Positions 17,984-26,654 are shown, counted from the first letter of the stretch. The stretch is 64,000 bases of DNA from a virus (IMGVR_UViG_3300034072_000578:32001-96000); one strand, 5' to 3'. Notes: generated from the letters alone by a model not told the origin. Program-made: numbers and translations.

Positions 17984-18157
17984 ATGGATACGAAGGCTTG
18001 CGATTACTGCGGACGCCCTGTAGAGGATGGCGCGTTGCGTTACGGTCCCGCGATTCCCGGCCCCCGGCATTGGGAATGTAACAATGTCAAAAACGGTAAA
18101 CCGTCAACCATCGAAGATATCATAGCTACTTTAATGAAGGATATGAAAAATGCGTAA
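17984..18157 (+). CDS. small CxxC protein, not in the ORF track
   Basis: MDTKACDYCGRPVEDG...HWEC, 57 aa, overlapping the next start. Confidence 0.5.
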   Translation: MDTKACDYCGRPVEDGALRYGPAIPGPRHWECNNVKNGKPSTIEDIIATLMKDMKNA

Positions 18158-18527
18158 ATCATTTGTTCTTTTTAGCGCAGCGCTCGCAACCCTAGTTGCT
18201 GGCTGCTCTTGCGCCCCATCCAATCAACCCCAACAGCAGGCGTATTACGATCAGCCTGTCCAGCAGCAGCAATACGCCCCTGCCCCTGTCCAGCAGGCAC
18301 AGCCCGGTTTCCTTGATCGTCATGGCGATGCGATCCTAGCTGGCGGCGTCGGCTATCTCGCCGGTAAGGCCGCTTCCAAGCGGGAATACCGCAATGACCG
18401 GAACTATTCGCGTCCCCGCTATTACAGCCGTCCTTCCCGCCCAGCGGCGACCCGCTATTACTCTTCCTCGCCCTCGCGGTCAACCTTCCGTAGTTCAAGC
18501 CGTGGTTCCTTCCGAAGCCGCCGCTGA
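18150..18527 (+). CDS. putative lipoprotein with Arg/Ser-rich tail
   Basis: Signal peptide with lipobox LVAGC, Gln-rich linker and basic C-terminus. Confidence 0.7.
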   Translation: MRKSFVLFSAALATLVAGCSCAPSNQPQQQAYYDQPVQQQQYAPAPVQQAQPGFLDRHGDAILAGGVGYLAGKAASKREYRNDRNYSRPRYYSRPSRPAATRYYSSSPSRSTFRSSSRGSFRSRR

Positions 18528-18692
18528 TTACAGCCATTTGAAAATGGAGGGTTCCTTTACTAACGCTAAAGGTCAAGTGACCAAGTGGAAAAGGAATCCC
18601 GAAAAGCCATGGCTAGTTGAAGTCCTAGTAGATGATGAGCCTATCGACTGGCTCAAACTAGGTCAAGAAGCTCTAGAAGGTGGTAACAAGAA

Positions 18693-19022
18693 ATGAATAT
18701 TTTCGCCAGCGAACGCATTAAGCCCGCTAACATTAAGTTCCCTAAGGGAATGGATAAGTTGGAATGGGAGCATGTTGAAACTACTTCTAGTTTCGATGCT
18801 AATTTCGCTGCTACCAAGGTTGGTCACGTAGTTATTGACTGCTTTCATGGCGAAAATATCAACGGTCTTAGAGTAGCTAAAGCCATTGTGGAACTTAGCA
18901 TCGATAAGCACCAACCTCTTCCGACTCTTCTACTGGTAGGCCCAGATCAGAACATGCGGAAAGAGATAGAAACCTATATCTCCAACTCCAAAAGATGGAT
19001 AGATATCGCAACAGGTAAGTGA
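18693..19022 (+). CDS. hypothetical protein
   Basis: 109-aa coupled ORF. Confidence 0.55.
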   Translation: MNIFASERIKPANIKFPKGMDKLEWEHVETTSSFDANFAATKVGHVVIDCFHGENINGLRVAKAIVELSIDKHQPLPTLLLVGPDQNMRKEIETYISNSKRWIDIATGK

Positions 19023-19026
19023 TTGT

Positions 19027-19587
19027 TTGTTAGATAAGTTAATTGAGGAAGGCCGAAAGTTCCCGGTCATCTACGCCGATCCGGCTTGGACATTCAAAAC
19101 ATACAGTGCCAAGGGTGAAGATAAATCCCCTTCGAAGCATTATAAAACAATGTCTATCGCAGACATTTGTGCGCTACCTGTTAAAGAGGTAGCTGCTAAA
19201 GACTCTATTCTTTTAATGTGGGTTTATCAGCCCCTTCTTCCAGAAGCGTTCGAAGTAATGGACGCTTGGGGCTTTGATTATAAGTCAATTGCTTTCGTTT
19301 GGGATAAGCTAACCAAGCATGGCAAGAAACACATGTCCACCGGCTACTACACTAGGGCCGGTATGGAAATGGTTCTACTAGGGCGTCGAGGTAATCCGCC
19401 TAGAGTTAAAGACCGTGGCGTTAGGCAGGTCTTCCAATCAACAGTAAGAGAGCATAGTCGTAAGCCTGATGAAGTCTATGACTTTATCGAGCGGCTTTAT
19501 GACGGCCCTTACCTAGAAATGTTCGCCCGCAATACCTACCGCAAGGATTGGACTAAGGTTGGCGACGAGGTAGGGAAGCTTGGCTAG
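19027..19587 (+). CDS. MT-A70 family adenine methyltransferase
   Basis: 'VIYADPAW', 'LLMWV', 'WGFDYK', 'REHSRKPDE', 'LEMFAR'. Confidence 0.9.
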   Translation: MLDKLIEEGRKFPVIYADPAWTFKTYSAKGEDKSPSKHYKTMSIADICALPVKEVAAKDSILLMWVYQPLLPEAFEVMDAWGFDYKSIAFVWDKLTKHGKKHMSTGYYTRAGMEMVLLGRRGNPPRVKDRGVRQVFQSTVREHSRKPDEVYDFIERLYDGPYLEMFARNTYRKDWTKVGDEVGKLG

Positions 19588-20014
19588 CGCTCCAGTTCTG
19601 GAAGACCTTTGTAGGGAGCTTGCTAGAGAACTGCACCTTAAAGTCGACTCTTATGAAGATAAGCTAAACCAAGAAATCAACATAAGAGTTGTCGAGCAAT
19701 ACGCCTCTAGCAACACCTACGGGTATCGCATCGATATGATGCGTGTAATGTTAAATGGTAGGGAGGAATATGAGCATTTCTTCCACCATATGCGTTCGGT
19801 AATTCTGGAAGCTCGAAAGAAAAGTGATCGATGCCTAGAGACAGGCAGAGTCGTATATCGATTTGAGCCAGAAAAGATTATCCCGGTATCATCCAGACCG
19901 GTCGATTGGGGTCAACGCCCACCGCCTAAGGCAGATAAGCTACCCGAACCACCACCCGACCCCAAATTAATTATGATGGAAAGAAAGCAACTCCATGAAT
20001 ACGGACGTTACTAA
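19580..20014 (+). CDS. hypothetical protein
   Basis: 144-aa coupled ORF. Confidence 0.5.
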   Translation: MASAPVLEDLCRELARELHLKVDSYEDKLNQEINIRVVEQYASSNTYGYRIDMMRVMLNGREEYEHFFHHMRSVILEARKKSDRCLETGRVVYRFEPEKIIPVSSRPVDWGQRPPPKADKLPEPPPDPKLIMMERKQLHEYGRY

Positions 20015-20393
20015 ACCGATCTTTGTTTTCGGTAGCAATTTAGCAGGAAGGCATGGCAAAGGTGCCGCTTCTATAGCTAGGCTTCAATATGGGGCGATTT
20101 ACGGGCAGGGAGAGGGTCTACAGGGCCAATCCTACGCTGTCCCTACCAAGGATGCAGCTTTAAAGGTTTTGCCCCTCAGGACCATTAAAATGCACGTAGA
20201 TAAGTTTCTCAAATTCGCAGAGCGGAATTCTGATATAACTTTTAAAGTTACTGCGCTAGGAACTGGCCTAGCTGGTTACTCGCATGATGACATAGGGCCA
20301 ATGTTCGCCTTGGCTAGCATGAACTGTGTTCTACCTATGGCTTGGAAGCCCTATGCCATGGATTGCGGTTATAGACAATGGTGGTGGAGTTAA
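19995..20393 (+). CDS. conserved phage protein (IFVFGSN...HGKGAA family)
   Basis: 'IFVFGSNLAGRHGKGAA...GLQGQSYAVPT...VTALGTGLAG' motif. Confidence 0.75.
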   Translation: MNTDVTKPIFVFGSNLAGRHGKGAASIARLQYGAIYGQGEGLQGQSYAVPTKDAALKVLPLRTIKMHVDKFLKFAERNSDITFKVTALGTGLAGYSHDDIGPMFALASMNCVLPMAWKPYAMDCGYRQWWWS

Positions 20394-20840
20394 TTACTCC
20401 GCTACCTTCACTTTAGTAGGCGTAACGGCCTCAAGTGCCCTAAGGCGATCAGAATACTTAGATAGTCTTCCATCAACTTCATTAAACTTGGAGGTTGTCT
20501 GCGTTTTGAAGTCATCTTGGCGATCCTTAACAGTCTGTAACGTAATACGCTGTTCGGTAGAAGCGACGGCAAGAGCTTGTGTAGCTTCCGTCATTGCTTT
20601 GAGGTTGGAGTCGGTTGCATTCATTCGCGTGGTGTAGATAGTCCCAAAAGAACCTACTACAGTCATGAAAATAGTAATGCCGATACCAATGGGTGTCCAG
20701 TTAATCTTCGACTCGGTATCTAACTTGTTTTGAATCTTATCTAGAGTAGATGAAATGCTATCAATGATAGTCTCTAATCTAGAAAGCCTTGTGTCAACGT
20801 TCGTTCCGTGGTCATATCTAGGCTGTCTTTGGCTGCTCAT
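20394..20840 (-). CDS. single-TM coiled-coil membrane protein (possible holin/XhlA-like)
   Basis: Coiled coil, TM segment 'IGIGITIFMTVVGSFG', coiled coil; lone minus-strand gene. Confidence 0.5.
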   Translation of the reverse strand: MSSQRQPRYDHGTNVDTRLSRLETIIDSISSTLDKIQNKLDTESKINWTPIGIGITIFMTVVGSFGTIYTTRMNATDSNLKAMTEATQALAVASTEQRITLQTVKDRQDDFKTQTTSKFNEVDGRLSKYSDRLRALEAVTPTKVKVAE

Positions 20841-20888
20841 AGTTATTCCTTACTTTGTTGCGCCGAAGTATAACACAATTACAAAGGA

Positions 20889-21464
20889 TTGCTAATGATA
20901 ACTCTATTAACAACACCTGCAACACCTAGATTAGAAGGTTATATAGAAGACTTCCGCTCTTTTGCTATTAGACTTCATGGCGATCAGCGTTATGGTGACT
21001 TCCCTTATCCTTTCCACCTAGCCCATGTAGAAGAAACTCTAGTAGCAAATGGCTACGATGACTTTAAATATCGAGCTAGCGGATGGCTTCACGATGTCCT
21101 AGAAGACTGCGATATGTCTATTAACAGGCTGGCCGAATGCTTCGGCTCTGAGATTGCTGCTATGGTGTTCGCTTGCACTGGCGAAGGGGCCAATCGTAAG
21201 GAACGCAATGCTAGCGTCTACAAAAAACTAGCAGCACTTCCCGCAGCAGCGCCGGTTAAAGTAGCTGATCGTATTGTTAATATGAAGTTCAGTGTAATCA
21301 ATAAGAGCAAGCAACTAGGAATGTATATTAGAGAGTTCGGGGATTTTTCTAATAATGTCCGCCCTCTTATGACAAACACAACGAAAGACGCTCTTCTGTG
21401 GAATCGACTAGAAGACGTAGTAGGACTAGCGGTTAAAAGAATGTCAGAAACAAAGGTTGCGTGA
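20889..21464 (+). CDS. HD-domain (p)ppGpp hydrolase-like protein (Mesh1/SpoT HD)
   Basis: 'HGDQRYG..PY..HL..V', 'WLHDVLED', 'VKVADRIVN'. Confidence 0.85.
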   Translation: MLMITLLTTPATPRLEGYIEDFRSFAIRLHGDQRYGDFPYPFHLAHVEETLVANGYDDFKYRASGWLHDVLEDCDMSINRLAECFGSEIAAMVFACTGEGANRKERNASVYKKLAALPAAAPVKVADRIVNMKFSVINKSKQLGMYIREFGDFSNNVRPLMTNTTKDALLWNRLEDVVGLAVKRMSETKVA

Positions 21465-21485
21465 CGTTCCCGAATCGGCTATAGC
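21457..21485 (+). promoter_or_regulatory. sigma70-type promoter with CGAATCG in the spacer
   Basis: TTGCGT-17 nt-TATAGC directly before a tRNA. Confidence 0.6.
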
Positions 21486-21497
21486 CCTGAAAATCAA

Positions 21498-21574
21498 GCG
21501 CGTTTAGCTCAGTTGGTAGAGCAGTCGGCCCCTAATCCGACAGGCCACGGGTTCGATCCCTGTAACGCGCACCA
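21498..21574 (+). tRNA. atypical tRNA with 8-nt anticodon loop CCCCTAAT (Arg-CCT or CTA)
   Basis: Otherwise canonical cloverleaf with CCA. Confidence 0.75.
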
Positions 21575-21708
21575 GTTTCTAAGGTGAGTATCCCTCTTAA
21601 AGCGAAGTTACGCCTACTCGGTCATAGTAGCCTTCCGCCTTATTAAGTAAGGAATTAAATATGAACTATATGGAGCATGATATTTCCCGAATATGAAGGG
21701 AGATATTC

Positions 21709-22047
21709 ATGAAGAAACAACACTACGAAATTAACAAAGTTCAAAACCGCCTTTGGGGACTTTCGGGCGTCCTCGCCTCTTATGGCCCTAGAGATATTGG
21801 CTGGTGGCGACGTAATTTTTACGCCCTCGAAAACTTCGGTGATCGTCACCGGGTTATGAACGAGAAGCGTCAAAATCGTAACGCTCGCAAAGACGAAGAA
21901 ATCCAGCACTACAAGGTCAAGCTTCGCAGCAGACGTATGAACGTCCCCACTAAATGGGACGATGAACATATCTCTAAGTGGGGCGGCAAGTCTTGGAAGC
22001 TTGGGACTAAGGCCCGCAAACAGTGGGCTAAGAACGTTCGCCACTAA
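21709..22047 (+). CDS. hypothetical basic protein
   Basis: 112 aa, Arg/Lys/Trp-rich, GGAG RBS. Confidence 0.6.
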   Translation: MKKQHYEINKVQNRLWGLSGVLASYGPRDIGWWRRNFYALENFGDRHRVMNEKRQNRNARKDEEIQHYKVKLRSRRMNVPTKWDDEHISKWGGKSWKLGTKARKQWAKNVRH

Positions 22048-22271
22048 CTATAACTAGTGGCAAGGGTAATGTAGCATTGAAGGTCGCTTGTTTCGTGCCA
22101 TTTCCGGGGTAGCAACCGGCCCGCTTGACAACTTAGAATTACGTGTTATATTGAAAGCTCACTACAGAAGGAAAGTAGAATGCACTAGCTGCCCCATCGT
22201 CCTCCTTAAAGTAGTCAGTATCTAACCCAAAGCGATTTACTGATTTATTTTAAGATTAAAGGACAATACAC

Positions 22272-22598
22272 ATGACTAAGAACTATTTCGACCATTACAA
22301 TACCCTAGCCAACAACAAAGACGTTTCAAGAGCAGACGTTTATACTCGCTGCATCATCAAGGCCATTCGTGCTAAGAGCGAGGACAAGGTTGGCGTTGCA
22401 ATCGCCCTACTAAAGAAGGCTTTCACTAAGCCCACAAACCCTACTAAGGTCGCCAACGGCGCTCTACAGTATTGGGGCATCAATCACGCTCGCTATGAAG
22501 CCAGCCTGAAATATCGTTATCTAACGAAAGAATATCTAACAGAAGCCGAACAAGGCGCTTGGGAAGTAATTTTCCAAGCCACCAAAGGCGTAGCATAA
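22272..22598 (+). CDS. hypothetical protein
   Basis: 108 aa, AAGGA RBS, coupled to the Pth2-like gene. Confidence 0.65.
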   Translation: MTKNYFDHYNTLANNKDVSRADVYTRCIIKAIRAKSEDKVGVAIALLKKAFTKPTNPTKVANGALQYWGINHARYEASLKYRYLTKEYLTEAEQGAWEVIFQATKGVA

Positions 22599-22921
22599 TG
22601 ACTCCATATTATTGCTATATCTTTGTGCGCCAAGATATAACACCGGAGCAGCAACTAATCCAATTTGGGCATGTTGCTGCTAAGGCAGGCGCTAAGAGTC
22701 CCGATAAGCTTTGGGAGTATGTTCATTTCGTTGGGATCGGAGTTAGAAACGAAAGGGAGCTTCACAAAGCTGCGCTCCTAATGGCTGACAATGACATTCC
22801 TTATTCTACCTTTAATGAAGGGGCCATGGACGATGAGCTAACAGCCGTCGCCTCAGTCCCGGTAAGAGGTCCGACTAGGGAAGTGTTCAAGAATTATAAG
22901 ACGTTACGCTTCGGAAATTGA
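22598..22921 (+). CDS. peptidyl-tRNA hydrolase II-like protein
   Basis: 'YIFVRQDI...QLIQFGHVA...ELTAVA...FKNYKTL' Pth2-like pattern. Confidence 0.7.
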   Translation: MTPYYCYIFVRQDITPEQQLIQFGHVAAKAGAKSPDKLWEYVHFVGIGVRNERELHKAALLMADNDIPYSTFNEGAMDDELTAVASVPVRGPTREVFKNYKTLRFGN

Positions 22922-22940
22922 AATTTTCCTCTTTCCTACA

Positions 22941-22995
22941 CGGGCGGGAATCGCTATCTGTTTCAATACAGGGCGATTCCCGCCCTTTTCGTTTC
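22941..22995 (+). terminator. intrinsic terminator
   Basis: GGGCGGGAATCGC...GCGATTCCCGCCC followed by TTTTCGTTT. Confidence 0.7.
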
Positions 22996-23181
22996 TGGGG
23001 AGTTATGAGCGGTGGAAGTTTACGTAATTTTGTATGGGTGTGCTGCTAAGCCCGAATTATCCGATGAAGTGAAGGGCTACCTTTACAACCGGATCGACGC
23101 CCAAGAATATTGCGACCAGCAGAATGAAGAAGCGGAAGAAGGCTATGCTTACTGGTTTGAGACAGCCCCGCAACTGATGGT

Positions 23182-23553
23182 ATGATAATAACCTTGCTAG
23201 TATGCTTGGTAATTAAGCATTTCATCTTCGATTTCGTTTATCAACCAGCCTATCAATGGCAGAACAAAGGAAGATACGGGCATTGGGGCGGACTAGTTCA
23301 TTCCGCTCAACATGGGATAGCTTCTGCCGTAATATTGCCATTCTTTATTGATGATAAGTCAGTAATAGCCTATCTGGTAGCGTTCGAATTCATCGTTCAC
23401 TACCATATGGACTACTTCAAGATGAAGTTGAATGCACATATGGGGTGGAAGTGTAACACCCATTATGAGTTTTGGGTTTGGACAGGTTTCGACCAACTAA
23501 TCCATTCACTAACTTACCTAGTAATGGCGGAAGTAGTTTACCGTTACAGCTAA
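23182..23553 (+). CDS. DUF3307-like membrane protein
   Basis: 'KHFIFDF..Q', 'HSAQHG', 'HYHMDYFK', 'GFDQLIH'. Confidence 0.75.
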   Translation: MIITLLVCLVIKHFIFDFVYQPAYQWQNKGRYGHWGGLVHSAQHGIASAVILPFFIDDKSVIAYLVAFEFIVHYHMDYFKMKLNAHMGWKCNTHYEFWVWTGFDQLIHSLTYLVMAEVVYRYS

Positions 23554-23587
23554 GGTAAGAAAAAGTTTCTCTCGCCAAACTTTTCTG

Positions 23588-23616
23588 TTGACGGGCGAAT
23601 CTCAGGTCGCTAGACC
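23588..23616 (+). promoter_or_regulatory. sigma70-type promoter with CGAATC (vWA-TerB-TerC operon)
   Basis: TTGACG-17 nt-TAGACC with an upstream A/T tract. Confidence 0.6.
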
Positions 23617-23690
23617 GAAATCATCTACTGGCTATCGGGTGGTTTAGTTAGTAGGTTCCTTTTTTAACCGCTCTGGTAAGAGGTATTACC

Positions 23691-24290
23691 ATGACTCAGT
23701 TGAACGCCGAAACGGCATCTGAATTCGATTTCGTTGCCCTGATCGACGCTTCGGGTTCGATGGGCAATCCGTCCGTCAAGATGCCGGGGAAGACCCGCTG
23801 GCAGGAAATGCAAGAGTCGCTGCTGGGCTTCATCCGCGCCATCGAACCGTTCGACGCTGACGGCATCGATGTCGGTGTGTTCGGCCCGAACTTCGAAGTC
23901 GAAGAAGGCGTTACGTCCGCCACCATCGACAAGCTGTTCGCTTCGCGTGGTCCGCGTGGTTCGACCCCGCTGCATGATGCCATCGCGTGGACCATCGACA
24001 AGCAGAAGAAGACCGGCAAGAAGACCTTCGCCGTCATCTTCACCGATGGCGAGCCGAACGATCAGGCGCTGGTCGCCAAGCTCATCACCGATGCTTCGAA
24101 CAACATCGCGAAGGATGAAGACCTGACGTTCCTCTTCATCCAGATCGGCGACGACAAGGCGGCGCGGAACTATCTCGATCATCTGGACGACCAGTTGACC
24201 GGCAAGTTCGACATCGTGGACGTTGTGAGCGTCACCGAAGCGGACTCGATGGAACCGCTGGCCCTCATCAACAAGGCCATTGCCGACTAA
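23691..24290 (+). CDS. von Willebrand factor A domain protein (Ter-associated)
   Basis: MIDAS 'DASGSM', 'GSTPL', 'FTDGEP', 'FIQIGDD'. Confidence 0.9.
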   Translation: MTQLNAETASEFDFVALIDASGSMGNPSVKMPGKTRWQEMQESLLGFIRAIEPFDADGIDVGVFGPNFEVEEGVTSATIDKLFASRGPRGSTPLHDAIAWTIDKQKKTGKKTFAVIFTDGEPNDQALVAKLITDASNNIAKDEDLTFLFIQIGDDKAARNYLDHLDDQLTGKFDIVDVVSVTEADSMEPLALINKAIAD

Positions 24291-24401
24291 TCGCCGGCAA
24301 TACATCACCAACCTAGTTAGTTGGTATCGTTCTGAATAACCTTGGGGTAGTAGAAGTAGGAAGAAATGCTTCTACTACCCCTTTTAGTAGCGGGGTTTAA
24401 T

Positions 24402-24848
24402 ATGGGTTTCCTCGATAGCCTCAAAGGCATCGCCTCCAACTTCATGGCTGATGCTGAAAAGGCTCTTAGCCGCATGTCCGACAAGGCGACTTTCATTCGC
24501 ACCGTCCAAGCTTCCTATCTGGTCGCTGCCGCTGATGGCAACGTATCGGATGAAGAGAAGGTGGTTCTTGGCCGCGTCATCGCCAAGAAACTTCCTTCCT
24601 TCAAGTCGTCGGAGGTTGCTAAGGCAATCGATGACTGCGCCGAAGAAATGTCCCTCTCTGCCGTAGCTGGTAAGGTTGCTCTTATGGAGAGCATCGAAAA
24701 GGCTGCTGGCACTGATGGTGCAAAGGTCATCATGCTTGGCATGTTGGCCGTGGCCAATGCCGACAATGAGTTCCAACCCTCCGAACAGCAGGTGGCGCGG
24801 GCCATTTGCGTCAAGCTCGGTCTTCGCCCGCAGGAGTATGCGCTATAA
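24402..24848 (+). CDS. terB: TerB family protein
   Basis: 'VAAADGNVSDEEK' and 'VANADNEFQPSEQQVARAICVKLGL'. Confidence 0.85.
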   Translation: MGFLDSLKGIASNFMADAEKALSRMSDKATFIRTVQASYLVAAADGNVSDEEKVVLGRVIAKKLPSFKSSEVAKAIDDCAEEMSLSAVAGKVALMESIEKAAGTDGAKVIMLGMLAVANADNEFQPSEQQVARAICVKLGLRPQEYAL

Positions 24849-25447
24849 TGGAATGGTTACTTGCTAACCTGATGACGTTCGGTAGTATCGTTCTGCTGGA
24901 CATCGTTCTCTCCGGTGATAACGCCGTTATTATCGGGGCAAAAGCCGCCAGCCTTCCCGCCGAACAGCGTAAGAAGGTCATCAAATACGGCATGTTCATG
25001 GCCGCAGGTTTCCGCATCGTTCTGCTGTTCCTCGCGACCTACCTGCTACAGATTCCCGGTATCCGACTCGCCGGTGGTCTTGCCCTGCTCTATGTGGCGT
25101 GGGGTATGTTCAAGGATATCAGGGACAATGGTATCGTTGATGGTAGCACGGAGAACGTAACGGCTGCTGCGAACTATCGTTCCGCACTCTTCGCCGTTGC
25201 TCTTGCCGATCTTTCGATGTCCATCGATAACATTCTTGCCGTTGCTGGTGCTGCCGGGGATCATTACTTCGCGCTCATCTTCGGTATCGTGTTGTCGATC
25301 TTCATCATGATCTTTGCTGCCAATGCGGTAGCGAGACTCATTGAGAAGTATCGTTGGCTGGCTTGGTTCGGCTTGCTGCTGGTCCTCTATATCGCGGGTC
25401 ATCTGATCTATCAGGACGTTCCAGTCATCGTGTCTTGGACTTCCTAA
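24848..25447 (+). CDS. terC: TerC family membrane protein (YjbE-like)
   Basis: 'DIVLSGDNAVII', 'ADLSMSIDNILAVAG', multiple TM helices. Confidence 0.9.
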   Translation: MEWLLANLMTFGSIVLLDIVLSGDNAVIIGAKAASLPAEQRKKVIKYGMFMAAGFRIVLLFLATYLLQIPGIRLAGGLALLYVAWGMFKDIRDNGIVDGSTENVTAAANYRSALFAVALADLSMSIDNILAVAGAAGDHYFALIFGIVLSIFIMIFAANAVARLIEKYRWLAWFGLLLVLYIAGHLIYQDVPVIVSWTS

Positions 25448-25457
25448 TAAGCTAATA

Positions 25458-25488
25458 GAAACGGGGCTTAACGGCCCCGTTTTTATTT
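25458..25488 (+). terminator. intrinsic terminator after terC
   Basis: AAACGGGGC-ttaacg-GCCCCGTTT followed by TTATTT. Confidence 0.75.
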
Positions 25489-25565
25489 GACCTTAATCAA
25501 ATAATACTAGATTAAATATAAGATCAGGGCCAAGAAAAAAAGTTTGGGCTTGGTGCATTTTTCTC

Positions 25566-25594
25566 TTGCACCGAATCGATTCGTCGCCTAGATA
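25566..25594 (+). promoter_or_regulatory. promoter of large ncRNA with palindromic double GANTC
   Basis: TTGCAC-CGAATCGATTCG...-TAGATA with a 17-nt spacer. Confidence 0.65.
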
Positions 25595-25639
25595 GAGATC
25601 ACCGGCAAGGAAACGAACCGGTCGCTGCTTGAAGCGGAT

Positions 25640-26415
25640 AAGCTAGAGTAATCTGGTGAAAGGTTAGGAGCCAAACCAAGCCGCCTAGTAATAGGTCAAC
25701 TTAAGCAACATGGAACTGACCGAAAGGTTCCTCTATACAAGTAGGGGATAGATTGAAGGATAAGGGTTTTAGGTCCGAAAGGATAACTAGCAGAGCTAAT
25801 CGGTGAGCTAGTGAAGTCGCAAACACCTGCACCAAGCAAAACTTATTCGAAGTCGATAGTGAACCATAAGGGTAATAGTTCGACCATTAGCGTGGAAGAG
25901 CATTAGCCAGTTACCAAAGGTGGAGACACTTTACGTAACCGTTGAGTAGCCCGCAAGGCGAAAGACATGAGGCGTGTGGCATGTTGTTCCCCAAAAGGGA
26001 ATGATACCATTGGACAAGCACGTCTTAACTGGAAACAACTTAGCATAACGGTAATGCGATGGACTCTTAATCCATTGATTGTTGGTTCAAATCCAGCAGT
26101 TGATTCATCAACGCAAAGCCTTGTCCAGCTATAAGTGAAAGGCACCTAAGCCCTACCTAGAGTGGGGGCATGAAGTCTCGCAAGGATGGATTGTTTGTAG
26201 TGGAAGAACTCATTGCTCTTTAGCGGGAGCTTAATGGAGGTAAAACTTCAATGGGATTAAGATACTATGAGTAGCTTGTAGTGATATCGCAAATGCCAGC
26301 GATTAATAAAATGGCGGTGTTGGTAGTTACTATGATACCTTGACCGGGTTATAGTGGAAAAGGCCCTAAACAATAAGGGGTTTAAGACTGCCCTTAGTAA
26401 GTGTATTCTCAGCTT
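25640..26415 (+). ncRNA. GOLLD-like large structured RNA (~780 nt)
   Basis: ORF-free with its own promoter; 5' AAGCTAGAGTA pairs with 3' TATTCTCAGCTT; many GNRA-capped hairpins; next to tRNAs. Size, context and terminal sequences resemble GOLLD as I recall it (no covariance search run). Confidence 0.7.
26034..26105 (+). tRNA. tRNA-Lys(CTT) embedded in GOLLD-like RNA
   Basis: D arm, ATGGA-CTCTTAA-TCCAT anticodon arm, GTTGG-TTCAAAT-CCAGC T arm; no encoded CCA. Confidence 0.75.
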
Positions 26416-26428
26416 GCTAATTACATAT

Positions 26429-26477
26429 GGGGATAATCGCGTAAAGTCATTGGTCTGACCGCTCGGTTTCCCCACCA
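26429..26477 (+). ncRNA. mini acceptor-stem RNA ending in ACCA
   Basis: GGGGA.../...TCCCC-ACCA, 49 nt, no T arm. Confidence 0.4.
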
Positions 26478-26478
26478 T

Positions 26479-26556
26479 GGCCTATGTAGCTCAGTCCGGT
26501 TAGAGCGTCCGATAAATAAGGAAGGTCGTTGGTTCGAATCCAACCCTAAGGCCCCA
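26479..26556 (+). ncRNA. tRNA-like RNA with collapsed anticodon arm
   Basis: Canonical D and T arms and CCA; anticodon arm is only TCC-GATAAATAA-GGA. Confidence 0.6.
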
Positions 26557-26557
26557 T

Positions 26558-26654
26558 AGCGCGGTAGTTTGAGTGTGCTTCTGGACAGAAGTATGCAGAC
26601 AAAACAGCTTTCGGAGGATTGAAGACGGGGGTTTGAATCCCTCTCGCGCTTCCA
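26558..26654 (+). ncRNA. tRNA-like RNA with hairpin inserted in the D region
   Basis: AGCGCG/CGCGCT-TCCA acceptor, GGGG-TTTGAAT-CCCT T arm, long hairpin TGTGCTTCTG-ga-CAGAAGTATG. Confidence 0.55.

Noticed and set aside
22058-22132. Degenerate tRNA-like sequence
   Set aside because: Only a CCGG hairpin and weak acceptor pairing; no CCA or anticodon arm, and it overlaps a -35 element.
23664-25402. Long antisense or alternative-frame ORFs over vWA/terB/terC (also 36967-37641 and 48792-49799)
   Set aside because: Shadow ORFs expected from GC-rich, stop-poor codon usage on the real strand.
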